This document shows, in pieces, positions 1-9,410 of a stretch of DNA of 64,000 nucleotides. The position numbers and the translations under genes were made by a program. The notes below the pieces were generated by a model. It saw only the letters and a list, made by a program, of their open reading frames with translations, searched no databases and was not told where the DNA came from. This DNA is from OCS116 cluster bacterium AG-430-B22 (lineage in GTDB: Bacteria; Pseudomonadota; Alphaproteobacteria; MED-G09), in contig QCOD01000005.1 of the NCBI GenBank assembly GCA_003209955.1, forward strand, positions 21,032-85,031. Direction: 5' to 3'. The number at the start of each line of letters is the position of its first letter. Position 1 is the stretch's first letter.

Positions 1-244
1 CTGTGATACCTCCGGCATCATGTGTTGATAGAGTGACATTGACTCTATTGTAAACATTAAACCATTCAGGGTGATGATCCATCTTTTCAGCAATGAGTGC
101 AATCCTTGTCATCCAGCTAAACGCGCTTGTAAAATCTTTGAAGATATAATTCTTTTCAATAGAATCTCTACCGCGGGTCTTTTTCCAATCTTTAAGTGTT
201 TTTAAAATTTTATTTCTTTCTTTACTTTCTAGCTTTTCAGCCAT
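1..244 (-). CDS. phhB: pterin-4-alpha-carbinolamine dehydratase (PCD/DCoH); C-terminus runs off the window edge
   Basis: Not in the ORF track because there is no stop inside the window. Minus-strand ATG at 244-242. My translation [81 protein letters not shown] carries the PCD signature DHHPEW-NVYN...THD. Confidence 0.8.
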   Translation of the reverse strand, partial: MAEKLESKERNKILKTLKDWKKTRGRDSIEKNYIFKDFTSAFSWMTRIALIAEKMDHHPEWFNVYNRVNVTLSTHDAGGIT

Positions 245-361
245 TTTTAGCTCCATTTTGTTGTATTAAATTAGTTTAACAATTTTATTGTTGGGGTTGA
301 ATTCATTAATTGTTATAACAATATATAATATATTCAATTAATTAAAAATTTGGAGTTGAAA

Positions 362-1081
362 ATGAACGAATTTAATCGTGCAAATACATCGGCAAGAGCG
401 ACAGACCAGGCATATATTGATGAAGGTCTTCGTGCGCATATGCTAAGGATATACAATTATATGACTGCAGCTTTATCACTAACAGGTATTGTTGCTTGGT
501 TTGGTGCATCTTCAGGACTTTATCAGTCGTTAGCGGCATCTCCATTAATTTTTGTCATTATGTTTGCTCCACTTGGAGTAGTTTTTTATTTCGCCTCTAA
601 AATAAACACAATGAGTTCTTCAAAAGCACAATCCGTTTTTTGGGTTTTTGCAGGTTTAATGGGACTTTCATTATCTTATATATTCCTTGCATATACTGGA
701 GCAGCTGTATTCCAGGCCTTCTTTGTAACAGCAGGTGCATTTGCTGGATTAAGTATATGGGGCTATACAACAAAAAGAGATCTCTCTGCAATGGGTGCTT
801 TTTTAATCATGGGTTTGTTTGGCTTAATAATTGCTTCAGTAGTAAATCTATTTGTTGGAAGTGGTCAAATGTCTTTTATTATTAGCGTCTTAGGAGTTCT
901 TATTTTCGCAGGTCTTACTGCATGGGATACTCAAAAATTGAAACGTGATTGGCTTAATAGAGTTCAATATAGTGGACAAGAAGTTGCTGAGAAGTCAGCT
1001 ATAATGGGTGCTCTAACACTGTACTTAGATTTTATTAATCTATTTCTTTTCATTCTTCAGTTTATGGGAAGAAGAGACTAA
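362..1081 (+). CDS. Bax inhibitor-1/YccA-family integral membrane protein
   Basis: ORF 350-1081 has multiple hydrophobic helices and a BI-1-like C-terminal region (TAWDTQKLK...ALTLYLDFINLF). Start moved to ATG 362 because GGAG at 352-355 lies 6 nt upstream. Confidence 0.8.
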   Translation: MNEFNRANTSARATDQAYIDEGLRAHMLRIYNYMTAALSLTGIVAWFGASSGLYQSLAASPLIFVIMFAPLGVVFYFASKINTMSSSKAQSVFWVFAGLMGLSLSYIFLAYTGAAVFQAFFVTAGAFAGLSIWGYTTKRDLSAMGAFLIMGLFGLIIASVVNLFVGSGQMSFIISVLGVLIFAGLTAWDTQKLKRDWLNRVQYSGQEVAEKSAIMGALTLYLDFINLFLFILQFMGRRD

Positions 1082-1126
1082 TTTAATAAATAATCTTTAA
1101 GCTTATTAGAAATCTGGGAGGAAATC

Positions 1127-1909
1127 ATGGGCGAAGAATATAAAAGCTCAACAGATTATCTACTTTTAAATCTTGAAAATAATATACTAACAATTACCCT
1201 TAATAGGCCTGAGGCATTAAATGCTTATAGACCTGAAATGCTTATTGAGATTAGAGAAATCATTATTCAAACTGAAGATGATCCAAATGTAGCGGTTATT
1301 GTAATTGAAGGTGCAGGCAAAGCCTTTTCAGCAGGTGTAGATTTGAAGGTTCTTCAAGGTTTTGATCCTGATGCGGGCAAAATAGGCGATCTATTTGATA
1401 AGCCTGCAGCTTTAGCTTGGGATACATTTAGGAAAAGTCGTTGCCCTATAATTGCAAAAGTTCATGGGGCTTGTTTTACAGGTGCACTTGAGATGGCATT
1501 GCATTGTGATTTCATTTTTACAACCCTAGATACTAAATTTGGTGATACTCATGCTAAATTTGGTTTAAGGCCCACATGGGGAATGTCACAAACTCTATCT
1601 CAAGCTATAGGTGTTCGTAAGGCAAAGGATATGTCTTTCTCTGCTCGTACTGTTCTTGGCGATGAAGCTGTAAGATTAGGAATAGCTAATGAGGCAGTTG
1701 AAGATAAAGATGCTCTCGATGCTTTAGTTGATAAGCGTGCAGGACAAATTGCTTCTAATTCTCAAGCTTCCGTTTCAGCTTTTAAAGATCTATATAATGT
1801 TGCACAATCAGGTTTATCCATGGATGATGCATTAAAAGAAGAATTTTCTAGAGAATATCCGGATATCAAAGATACTAATGATCGACTAGCAGGTTTTAAA
1901 AAGGATTAA
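1127..1909 (+). CDS. enoyl-CoA hydratase/isomerase (crotonase) family protein
   Basis: Crotonase motifs ILTITLNRPEALNA, GAGKAFSAGVDL and GACFTGALEMALHCDF. GGGAGG RBS upstream of the ATG. Confidence 0.85.
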   Translation: MGEEYKSSTDYLLLNLENNILTITLNRPEALNAYRPEMLIEIREIIIQTEDDPNVAVIVIEGAGKAFSAGVDLKVLQGFDPDAGKIGDLFDKPAALAWDTFRKSRCPIIAKVHGACFTGALEMALHCDFIFTTLDTKFGDTHAKFGLRPTWGMSQTLSQAIGVRKAKDMSFSARTVLGDEAVRLGIANEAVEDKDALDALVDKRAGQIASNSQASVSAFKDLYNVAQSGLSMDDALKEEFSREYPDIKDTNDRLAGFKKD

Positions 1910-1913
1910 GTCT

Positions 1914-2666
1914 GTGCGATTGAAAGATAAGAAATGTATAGTTACAGGTGGCTCAAGCGGTATTGGTGAAGCAACTGTTAGAAGATTTATTAACGAGGGA
2001 GCAGAAGTTCTAATTGCAGATATCAATCTTGAAGATTCAAAAAAATTATCTGAAGAAATTGGTGAAGGCGTCGATTATATCAAATGTGATATAAGGCTCG
2101 AGGATGATATTATTTCTGTTTCAGAAAAAGCTTATCACATGTGGGACCAGGTTGATGTATTGGTTAACAATGCTGGATCTGAACTCAATCAGTCCTATGA
2201 TAAAATGACAGAGGCAGAATGGGATAATGTTCTTAACACAGATCTAAAAGGCCCTTGGTTAATGTGTAAACATATCGTACCAAATATGGTTGAGGCAGGA
2301 TCAGGAAGTGTTATCAATATTTCATCTTTAAATGGTCTAGTTGGTTTTCCTCTTTCAACTGCTTACGGAAGTGCTAAAGGTGGATTGGTAGTATTTACGC
2401 GCGATATGGCGATCGAGTTAGCTTCAACTGGTGTGAGAATTAACTGTGTTTGTCCTGGAGTCATTCAAACAGGTATGATGGAAAGATGGACAGATCTTAT
2501 GCCTGATAAAGCTGAGGCACAGGAAATGTTAAGGAACACAATGCCGATTGGAAGAATGGGAACAGCAGAAGAAGTGGCAGGTGCAATCTTCTTTTTTGCC
2601 TCTGATGACTCTAGTTTATGCCAAGGATCTGTTTTGAGTGTTGATGGTGGATTTACTGCACAGTAA
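1914..2666 (+). CDS. short-chain dehydrogenase/reductase (classical SDR)
   Basis: TGGSSGIGEA Rossmann motif, NNAG, canonical catalytic INISS...YGSAK. GTG start 5 nt after the upstream stop. Confidence 0.85.
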   Translation: MRLKDKKCIVTGGSSGIGEATVRRFINEGAEVLIADINLEDSKKLSEEIGEGVDYIKCDIRLEDDIISVSEKAYHMWDQVDVLVNNAGSELNQSYDKMTEAEWDNVLNTDLKGPWLMCKHIVPNMVEAGSGSVINISSLNGLVGFPLSTAYGSAKGGLVVFTRDMAIELASTGVRINCVCPGVIQTGMMERWTDLMPDKAEAQEMLRNTMPIGRMGTAEEVAGAIFFFASDDSSLCQGSVLSVDGGFTAQ

Positions 2667-2667
2667 G

Positions 2668-3069
2668 TTAAACCCAAGGCGAAGCATAAGATTTAAACAC
2701 TTTTTTATGACCATATTTTATTTCTAAACTTTCCCTATCAATTTTTTTCAATTTCTTTACTACAAGACAATAGGATCGATCTATCATCCTTTTGATTTCA
2801 CCTTCAGGAATAGACTCACTCAAGATAATAGTATTCCAATGCATTTTATTCATGTGATAACCTGGGATAACATCCTCAAATATTTCTCTCAAAATAATAG
2901 CCTCTTCGGGATCACATTTAAGATTCACTCTTTCTATACCTTGACGTGTTGTCATAAGGGCAAAGAGCTTCTCTTTTATTTTAAAGACCTGAACATCTGG
3001 ACCAAAAGTATAGTCTTCTCTAACTAGAGGTAGGGTTAGACAATAAGCTCTCACTTTTTTCTTATTCAT
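2668..3069 (-). CDS. MmcQ/YjbR-family protein
   Basis: 133 aa. Pattern ...FALM...VNLKCDPEEA...PGYHMNKMHWNTI... matches what I remember of the YjbR/MmcQ family. Confidence 0.7.
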   Translation of the reverse strand: MNKKKVRAYCLTLPLVREDYTFGPDVQVFKIKEKLFALMTTRQGIERVNLKCDPEEAIILREIFEDVIPGYHMNKMHWNTIILSESIPEGEIKRMIDRSYCLVVKKLKKIDRESLEIKYGHKKVFKSYASPWV

Positions 3070-3078
3070 CTTCGCTAA

Positions 3079-5949
3079 TTAAATGATATACATATCCGTC
3101 ACTGTACCAGTATCTGATCCTGATAAATTAAGGATATCATCTATACCAAAAGAAAGAGCAAACTCTGCGAAAGTGAGGTCAATGCCGTCCGTACCATCAG
3201 TAATATTACCACCCATATTAAAAGTAAAATTATCTGCTCCATTAATTGTAATAATTCTATCATCTTCAAAGGTTAAACGTGTCGCATCTTTAGTCCAAAG
3301 TGTTTTAACCACTTTCGTGTTAGCTGCAATTTGGATTGTGTTTGATCCACTTGTATCTATGATTTCTATGGAGCTATCCTTGGGCAAAAGATTGGAAACA
3401 AAGTAAGTGTCATCACCGTTTAAACCTCTTAAAGTCTTGGCTTGACCATCAGCAATGATGATATTATTACCACTTGAAAAATTAAGAGTCCCTGATTTTG
3501 AAGTTTCAGAGAATGGCTCCAAAACATTTTTTGATGATACCAATTCGCTTGATAAGGAATATTTTGATTGTATTGCCGAAGTAGTTAAGTCACTGAATTT
3601 GAGTTTTTCTATGTTTGTTAAAGTATCAATACCCTCATTAGTTTGATCAGAAGAAGAAGGATTATGTTTTACTGTTAAGCTTCCGTCATCATTATAAGTT
3701 AATGTATAAGATTCATATATATCCGCGAAAACTGCTGTATCACTTCCAGCGCCACCATCAATTGTGTCATTTCCAGCCCCGCCTTCAATAGTATCTTTAC
3801 CAGCATAACCAAAAGCGATTTCATCGCCTTCGCGAAGTATAATAGTGTCATTTCCAGAATATCCATGCACTTTCGTAAATGGTGCAAAGCTTTTTAGGCC
3901 TGCATCTTTTCCTTCGGCCAGATAATGCTCAAGACCTGTTGTATAAGTTCCGGCATCAACTGCTTCTTTAGCAGATGTATTTTCATTAAGATAATATCTT
4001 TCATTAAACCCTGGCACTCCTTGTTCAGCAGTATCAATTGAAAACTTTGGTCCTGTTCCAATTTGTTCATCTATTTCAAAAAGATGAAAATTTATCTTCT
4101 GTTTTGTATATGATGCATTTGATTCTGCAGTAAAGGTTACATATTCAATTTTTTTATCATTATCAAAATCTCCAAATCCGTAAGGTTTACCTTTACCAGA
4201 AATTTCTGATCCAATTTGTGCTATCTCAAATCTACCTTCACCATCATTTAAATAAATTATTGCATCTACATTATACCCACTACCCACTCTTGATCCTGCA
4301 ATATCCATATGATTATCATCATTCATATCTATTAATTGCCATGGTTCCACCCATCCTAGTTTGCTTCCATTTGCGTCTTGGAAAGCATTTTCGGGGATCA
4401 GATTAGTTACATCTGTATAACTTCCTTGCCCGTCATTTAAATTAATTTGAATGTAGTTTCCTGCATAAACTGGATTAGCTGTAGTCCATAAAATAGCTAA
4501 ATCTATATCGCCATCTTTATCAAAATCTGCCGGCATAGTTTTCATATGCATTTGATTTCCTGCGCCATAATAAGAATTGGGTAATGTTATAATGTTATCT
4601 TTATTAAAAGTACCGTTATCGTTTAGAAAGATAGGGGAGGTAACATCTCCATCGTAGCCTCCTATAATATCATCATATCCATCATTATTAACATCTACTA
4701 GGGCTACATCTAAGAGCATATCGCTATTGTAATTTACTATTTCTGAATAAAAAGAACTCTTATCAACAATAAAACTTCCGTCAGTTTGTTGAATCAGTGC
4801 ATAGCCTTGTTGGCCTTGATTTGTATCCCAACCATGTCCTACAAAAATATCATCTAAACCATCGCCATTAATATCTCCAACAGCCATAGAATGAGCATCA
4901 ACATCATATGGGCTATCATCATTTGCATCCGGAAGAGTTGGCATGATGTCTGATTGCTTGATAGATGATCCTTTAGGTAGGATAATTAGTAGTTCTGCTT
5001 CAGGTACAATACTGTCTGGATTATTTCTATTTGTTTCTAGATCAGTGTCGTGCGCCGCTGTAACAATCGCTGTTAAATCTGAGTTTGCTAATGTAATTTT
5101 TTCTGTGCGCCTAGCCCCAGTAGTTGTTGGCATAATTAAGTTGATATCTTCGTCGTAAGATAGTGTTCCATTTCCTGAGCTTAGAGCAATAAAGGGTGTT
5201 GAAGTATCTATCCCACTTGCATATCCTTTATTCATAGGAATTATTAGATCTTCAATACTATCATTATTTAAATCTAAAAGAGCAGCAGATTGAGGAAACC
5301 ATGCCGCAAGCCCACCACCTTTTGTATCGCCAGAATAAATATAAGTTGGTACTGTTGTCTCATCATCAAAACTATAAATAGTTTTGATAAATGTAGCGGT
5401 TATTGGTTGCTTAAGATAATCAGTATCAATTATTTTATTATCAGCCATGAACTCGACATACCTGCCGCCAATGATAATATCCTTTGTTGTAGGACCAGTT
5501 ACATGAATTTCATCTCCTACTAAAGTAATAGTGTAATCTTTTGAATTGCCGCTTGCATAGGAAACTCTGTCATCTCCTCCACCCATATTAAGAATATTAT
5601 CGCCACCATTAGCGAAAAATTTCTCATAATTTTCTGTGCCGTAAAAAGTGTCGCCAAAACGTGTTCCATGAATTGTTTCAATACCGGAAACTGTATCACG
5701 TGTGCCAAATCCATCTTCAGACCAACCCTCTTTTAAATTGATTGTAACACTTTGAGTTGCATTCCAGAGAGCATAACCAAATTTTTCACCAGAGATATTA
5801 TCCTCTCCTGGACTAGAAACAATTGTGTGCATAATTGTAGCATTGGTAACTGTATCATTACCTTTTCCAGGATATATATTGCCTATATCAGAATCTAATT
5901 CTGATGCATCAATTATATCGTCTTCGTCTGTTCCATTATAATCAGCCAT
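3079..5949 (-). CDS. large secreted repeat protein: FG-GAP/VCBS-type repeats plus RTX (hemolysin-type Ca-binding) nonapeptides; probable type I secretion substrate
   Basis: 956 aa with no N-terminal signal peptide (MADYNGTDEDD...). About six D-x-N-x-D-G-x-x-D loops (GDINGDGLDDIFVG, VDVNNDGYDDIIGG, ADFDKDGDIDLAI, IDMNDDNHMDIAG, GDFDNDKKIEY, LDLNNDSIEDLII). RTX block GYSGNDTI...GYAGKDTIEGGAGNDTIDGGAGSDTAVF. Acidic, Gly/Asp-rich C-terminus. Confidence 0.75.
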   Translation of the reverse strand: MADYNGTDEDDIIDASELDSDIGNIYPGKGNDTVTNATIMHTIVSSPGEDNISGEKFGYALWNATQSVTINLKEGWSEDGFGTRDTVSGIETIHGTRFGDTFYGTENYEKFFANGGDNILNMGGGDDRVSYASGNSKDYTITLVGDEIHVTGPTTKDIIIGGRYVEFMADNKIIDTDYLKQPITATFIKTIYSFDDETTVPTYIYSGDTKGGGLAAWFPQSAALLDLNNDSIEDLIIPMNKGYASGIDTSTPFIALSSGNGTLSYDEDINLIMPTTTGARRTEKITLANSDLTAIVTAAHDTDLETNRNNPDSIVPEAELLIILPKGSSIKQSDIMPTLPDANDDSPYDVDAHSMAVGDINGDGLDDIFVGHGWDTNQGQQGYALIQQTDGSFIVDKSSFYSEIVNYNSDMLLDVALVDVNNDGYDDIIGGYDGDVTSPIFLNDNGTFNKDNIITLPNSYYGAGNQMHMKTMPADFDKDGDIDLAILWTTANPVYAGNYIQINLNDGQGSYTDVTNLIPENAFQDANGSKLGWVEPWQLIDMNDDNHMDIAGSRVGSGYNVDAIIYLNDGEGRFEIAQIGSEISGKGKPYGFGDFDNDKKIEYVTFTAESNASYTKQKINFHLFEIDEQIGTGPKFSIDTAEQGVPGFNERYYLNENTSAKEAVDAGTYTTGLEHYLAEGKDAGLKSFAPFTKVHGYSGNDTIILREGDEIAFGYAGKDTIEGGAGNDTIDGGAGSDTAVFADIYESYTLTYNDDGSLTVKHNPSSSDQTNEGIDTLTNIEKLKFSDLTTSAIQSKYSLSSELVSSKNVLEPFSETSKSGTLNFSSGNNIIIADGQAKTLRGLNGDDTYFVSNLLPKDSSIEIIDTSGSNTIQIAANTKVVKTLWTKDATRLTFEDDRIITINGADNFTFNMGGNITDGTDGIDLTFAEFALSFGIDDILNLSGSDTGTVTDMYII

Positions 5950-5951
5950 TA

Positions 5952-6302
5952 TTATTTAACCAAATTTAGATTTTTGTTTTTAAAATAGTTTAACAAATAA
6001 TGAAGGTTTTTATTTCTTTTTAGTATTTGACCAGATGTTGATTTTATCAACCACCTTTCATCAACCTTTTTACTTTTATGATTTTTTGTAATTTTAAAGA
6101 GAGGCATTTCACTAGCATGTCGATAAATCGAAAAAATTGTTTCATCTTTTGATGAGTCAATTGCATAGTCTTTCCATTTACCCGATGAAACACCTTTACC
6201 ATATAATGAAAGAATTAAATTCAATTCTTCTTTAGAAAAGAAATTTTGTTTTTTTTGGACGGCAAGATAAGCATTGCCTGTGATAATTTTTGTGCTTTTC
6301 AT
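5952..6302 (-). CDS. conserved alphaproteobacterial hypothetical protein (DUF2794-like)
   Basis: 116 aa. The core FFSKEELNLILSLYGKGVSSGKWKDYAID resembles the F-x-R-x-EL-x-IL-x-YG-x-V-x-GEWRDYA core I recall for DUF2794. Confidence 0.55.
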   Translation of the reverse strand: MKSTKIITGNAYLAVQKKQNFFSKEELNLILSLYGKGVSSGKWKDYAIDSSKDETIFSIYRHASEMPLFKITKNHKSKKVDERWLIKSTSGQILKRNKNLHYLLNYFKNKNLNLVK

Positions 6303-6392
6303 TTACTAGACTTTCATGAAAATCTAATCGTAATTTCGTCATAATTTCAACATCTTATTGTCAAAGTAATGTTTATTATTAATGATTGAGTA

Positions 6393-6498
6393 ACACCTAC
6401 AAGTTTTGATTCCCTCTAACTTGCAGGATCTAAGAGAGTTTCCCTCCGAAGCTCATATCTCTAAAGCGACTCCTAAGCCCTTCTGGAGTCGCTTTTTT
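6393..6498 (+). ncRNA. candidate small RNA: two hairpins with C-rich (CCCUC / CCUCC) loops plus an intrinsic terminator
   Basis: Hairpin 1 is 6397-6405/6418-6426 (8 of 9 bp, loop UUGAUUCCCUCU). Hairpin 2 is 6436-6442/6448-6454 (7 bp, loop CCUCC). Terminator stem is 6466-6473/6485-6492 followed by T6. Possible promoter TTGTCA 6358-6363, 17 nt spacer, AATGAT 6381-6386. The 5' end is a guess. Confidence 0.3.
6465..6498 (+). terminator. Rho-independent terminator hairpin; possibly bidirectional and also serving acnB
   Basis: GCGACTCC (6466-6473), 11-nt loop, GGAGTCGC (6485-6492), then TTTTTT (6493-6498). On the minus strand an A-tract precedes it and only TTT follows. Confidence 0.6.
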
Positions 6499-6536
6499 AT
6501 TGGGTTTTAGATAAATTAAATTGATATATGATTTTA

Positions 6537-9317
6537 CTATTGCGAAGCCCTAAGGCTTTCAGCAGGCGGTGCAAACTTGGTAAGATCAATACCCTTAACA
6601 GCAGTTTTATATTCTTCTATTGATGGAGTTCTTCCTAGAATGGTAGAGAGAACAACGACCGGTGTTGATGCTAAAAGAGATTCCCCTTTTTTGTTTTCTG
6701 CATCTCCTACTACTCTCCCTTGAAAAAGACGAGTAGATGTTGCCATTACAGTATCTCCTTTTCCAGCTTTCTCCTGGTTACCCATACAGAGATTACACCC
6801 AGGTCTTTCAAGATATAAAATATTCTCATATTCAACTCGAGCAGAGCTTTTAGGTGAATCATCATTAAATTCAAAACCAGCATATTTTTGTAAAACATCC
6901 CAGTCGCCTTCTGCCTTCAACTCTTCGACGATATTATAAGTTGGCGGCGCAACAACAAGTGGAGCCTTAAAATCTACAGTTCCTTCATTGGCTTCAATAT
7001 TTTTCAGCATACGAGCAAGAATTTTCATATCACCTTTGTGAACCATGCATGATCCAACAAATCCTAAGTCTACTTTTTTATCCGCTGCATAATATGAAAT
7101 AGGTCTAATGGTATCGTGAGTATATCTTTTTGAAACATCATCATTTTCTACATCTGGATCAGCTATCATCGGTTCATCTATTTCATCTAGATCAATTACA
7201 ACTTCAGCAAAATATTTTGCATTCTCATCTGGGGCCAGTGCCGGCTTTTCTCCTGATTTGATTTGCTTAATCCTATTGTCGGCTATTTCAATTAATCCAC
7301 TTAAAGTTTTCTCATCATTATCCATTCCTTTATCAACCATGATTTGGATACGGGATTTTGCAATCTCCAAGGATTCAATGAGAGTTTCATCTTGGGAAAT
7401 ACAGATTGAGGCTTTAGCCTTCATCTCGGCTGTCCAATCGGTAAATGTAAATGCCTGATCAGCAAGTAAAGTACCGATATGTACTTCAATGATTCTTCCC
7501 TGAAAAACATTCTCATTACATTGTGCCAACATTTGCTGTTGCGTGGCATGGACTACATCCCTGAAATCCATATAGTTTTTCATGCTTCCTTTAAAAGTCA
7601 CTTTAACGGATTCCGGTATAGGCATTGTTACCTCCCCAGTAGCTAAAGCTAATGCTACGGTTCCAGAATCTGCTCCAAACGCAACACCTTTTGACATACG
7701 CGTATGAGAATCTCCACCAATTATTATAGCCCAATCATCAACAGTGATATCGTTTAAAACTTTATGGATAACATCAGTCATCGCATGGTAAACACCTTTG
7801 GGATCTCTTGCTGTAATAAGACCAAATGTGTTCATAAATTTCATTAGTCTTGGAATATTAGCCTGTGCTTTAGAGTCCCACACTGATGCAGTATGACAGC
7901 CAGACTGATAAGCTCCGTCAAGAGTAGGAGAAATTACTGTTGCTGCCATTGCCTCAAGTTCTTGAGTAGTCATTAAACCAGTTGTATCTTGAGATCCTAC
8001 AATATTCACTTTAACTCTTACATCAGACCCGCTGTGTAAAACAGAGTCTGATAGAACGCCTACAGCATTTCTGTTAAAGATTTTCTCAACAGCTGTAAGA
8101 CCTTGACCTTCATTAGAAATTATCTGTGAAGGTGCATAAACAGACTCAAGATCAATACTAAGTAAATCACAAGCAAAGGCTTGAAGTTTTTTTCCAAAAA
8201 CAATTGCATATGATCCTCCTGCTTTTATGAATTCTAATTTTTGGGGTGTGAAGGATGAAGAAAGATCAGCTAGTTCGTTTTCTCCTTTTTCATCAAAAAG
8301 TTTTTTATGCTCAGTATTTATTGTCAATACAGTACCCGTTTTTACAGAATAGGCCTGTTCTAAAATTGGGTTGTTATCTTCATCCAAAGTCGGATTTCCA
8401 TTGGTGTCTAGTTTTTTTACCCAATTCTTTAAATCGATACCGATACCACCAGTTACATCAACCGTTGTTAGAAAAATTGGTGAAATACCATTTGTTCCAG
8501 CAACTATCGGTGCAATATTAACAAAGGGAACATATGGGCTGCCAGGTTTTCCTGTCCACAATGCAACATTATTAACTCCTGACATTCTTGATGAACCAAC
8601 GCCCATGGTTCCTTTTTCTGCTATTAACATTATCCTTTTGTCAGGATGCTGTTTCTGCATTTTTTTTATATCAGATTGTGCCTCAGCCGAAATCATGCAT
8701 TTTCCATGTAATTCTCTATCTGATCTTGAGTGCGCTTCAGTCCCTGGTGAAAGGAGGTCTGTTGATATATCACCCTCAGCGGCTATATATGTAACAATTT
8801 TAATTTCCTTATCAATCTCAGGTAATTTTGTGAAGAATTCAGCTTTTGAGTAACTTTGGAGTATTTCTTTTGCTACCTCATTGCCATCAGTAAAAGCTTT
8901 CTTTAAGCGCTCTGTATCAGCCTCATATAAAAAAACTTGAGTTTTTAGAATTTCTCCAGCCTTTAAGGCTATTGATTTCTCTGAGCCTAAGGCGAGATCT
9001 AATAGAACCTCAATAGAAGGGCCACCTTTCATATGAGATAATAATTCAAATGCAAAATCGGAAGAAATTTCTTCGAGAGAAAATTCCTTATTAACAATTT
9101 CTTTTAAAAATTTTGCTTTCGCATTAGCTGCGCCTGTAGTTCCAGGAAGCATATTGTAAATAAAATAATTTAAGGAGTCTTCTCTATGTTTATTTTCAGT
9201 ATCTCTAATCTGAGAAATCACTTCATTAGCAAGAGCTTCATCATCTATAGGTTTAGGATTTAAGCCCATAGCTTTTCTTTCTTCAATCTCCTCTAAGTAA
9301 GATTCATATAAACTCAT
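6537..9317 (-). CDS. acnB: aconitate hydratase B (bifunctional aconitase 2 / 2-methylisocitrate dehydratase)
   Basis: 926 aa. AcnB-type N-terminus (YLEEIEERKAMGLNPKPID). Motifs VGSQDTTG, GGDSHTR, VGSCM and PGCNLCMGNQ (Fe-S ligands). Confidence 0.9.
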   Translation of the reverse strand: MSLYESYLEEIEERKAMGLNPKPIDDEALANEVISQIRDTENKHREDSLNYFIYNMLPGTTGAANAKAKFLKEIVNKEFSLEEISSDFAFELLSHMKGGPSIEVLLDLALGSEKSIALKAGEILKTQVFLYEADTERLKKAFTDGNEVAKEILQSYSKAEFFTKLPEIDKEIKIVTYIAAEGDISTDLLSPGTEAHSRSDRELHGKCMISAEAQSDIKKMQKQHPDKRIMLIAEKGTMGVGSSRMSGVNNVALWTGKPGSPYVPFVNIAPIVAGTNGISPIFLTTVDVTGGIGIDLKNWVKKLDTNGNPTLDEDNNPILEQAYSVKTGTVLTINTEHKKLFDEKGENELADLSSSFTPQKLEFIKAGGSYAIVFGKKLQAFACDLLSIDLESVYAPSQIISNEGQGLTAVEKIFNRNAVGVLSDSVLHSGSDVRVKVNIVGSQDTTGLMTTQELEAMAATVISPTLDGAYQSGCHTASVWDSKAQANIPRLMKFMNTFGLITARDPKGVYHAMTDVIHKVLNDITVDDWAIIIGGDSHTRMSKGVAFGADSGTVALALATGEVTMPIPESVKVTFKGSMKNYMDFRDVVHATQQQMLAQCNENVFQGRIIEVHIGTLLADQAFTFTDWTAEMKAKASICISQDETLIESLEIAKSRIQIMVDKGMDNDEKTLSGLIEIADNRIKQIKSGEKPALAPDENAKYFAEVVIDLDEIDEPMIADPDVENDDVSKRYTHDTIRPISYYAADKKVDLGFVGSCMVHKGDMKILARMLKNIEANEGTVDFKAPLVVAPPTYNIVEELKAEGDWDVLQKYAGFEFNDDSPKSSARVEYENILYLERPGCNLCMGNQEKAGKGDTVMATSTRLFQGRVVGDAENKKGESLLASTPVVVLSTILGRTPSIEEYKTAVKGIDLTKFAPPAESLRASQ

Positions 9318-9410
9318 AAATTACTTTCTTTTGCTAATTATATCCGGAATATACTATTCTTCATTAGGATGTCAAATTAAGGTCAGAAATTTGTTAAAAA
9401 TGGTTAAAAA

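Noticed and set aside
6436-6454. On the minus strand the CCUCC loops read GGAGG, so they were considered as ribosome-binding sites for a small minus-strand ORF between acnB and the DUF2794-like gene
   Set aside because: No start codon follows at a suitable distance. After GGAGGG there is no ATG, GTG or TTG within range. After the second purine tract the only TTG is immediately followed by TAG. Both are more than 100 nt from the DUF2794-like start.
8371-8853. 160-aa plus-strand ORF (and others at 7258-7458, 8255-8521, 8588-8794) inside acnB
   Set aside because: They lie entirely antisense to a confidently identified, motif-rich acnB. Their composition is low-complexity and Phe/Ser/Ile/Leu-rich, typical of shadow frames in AT-rich DNA. 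No RBS or family resemblance.
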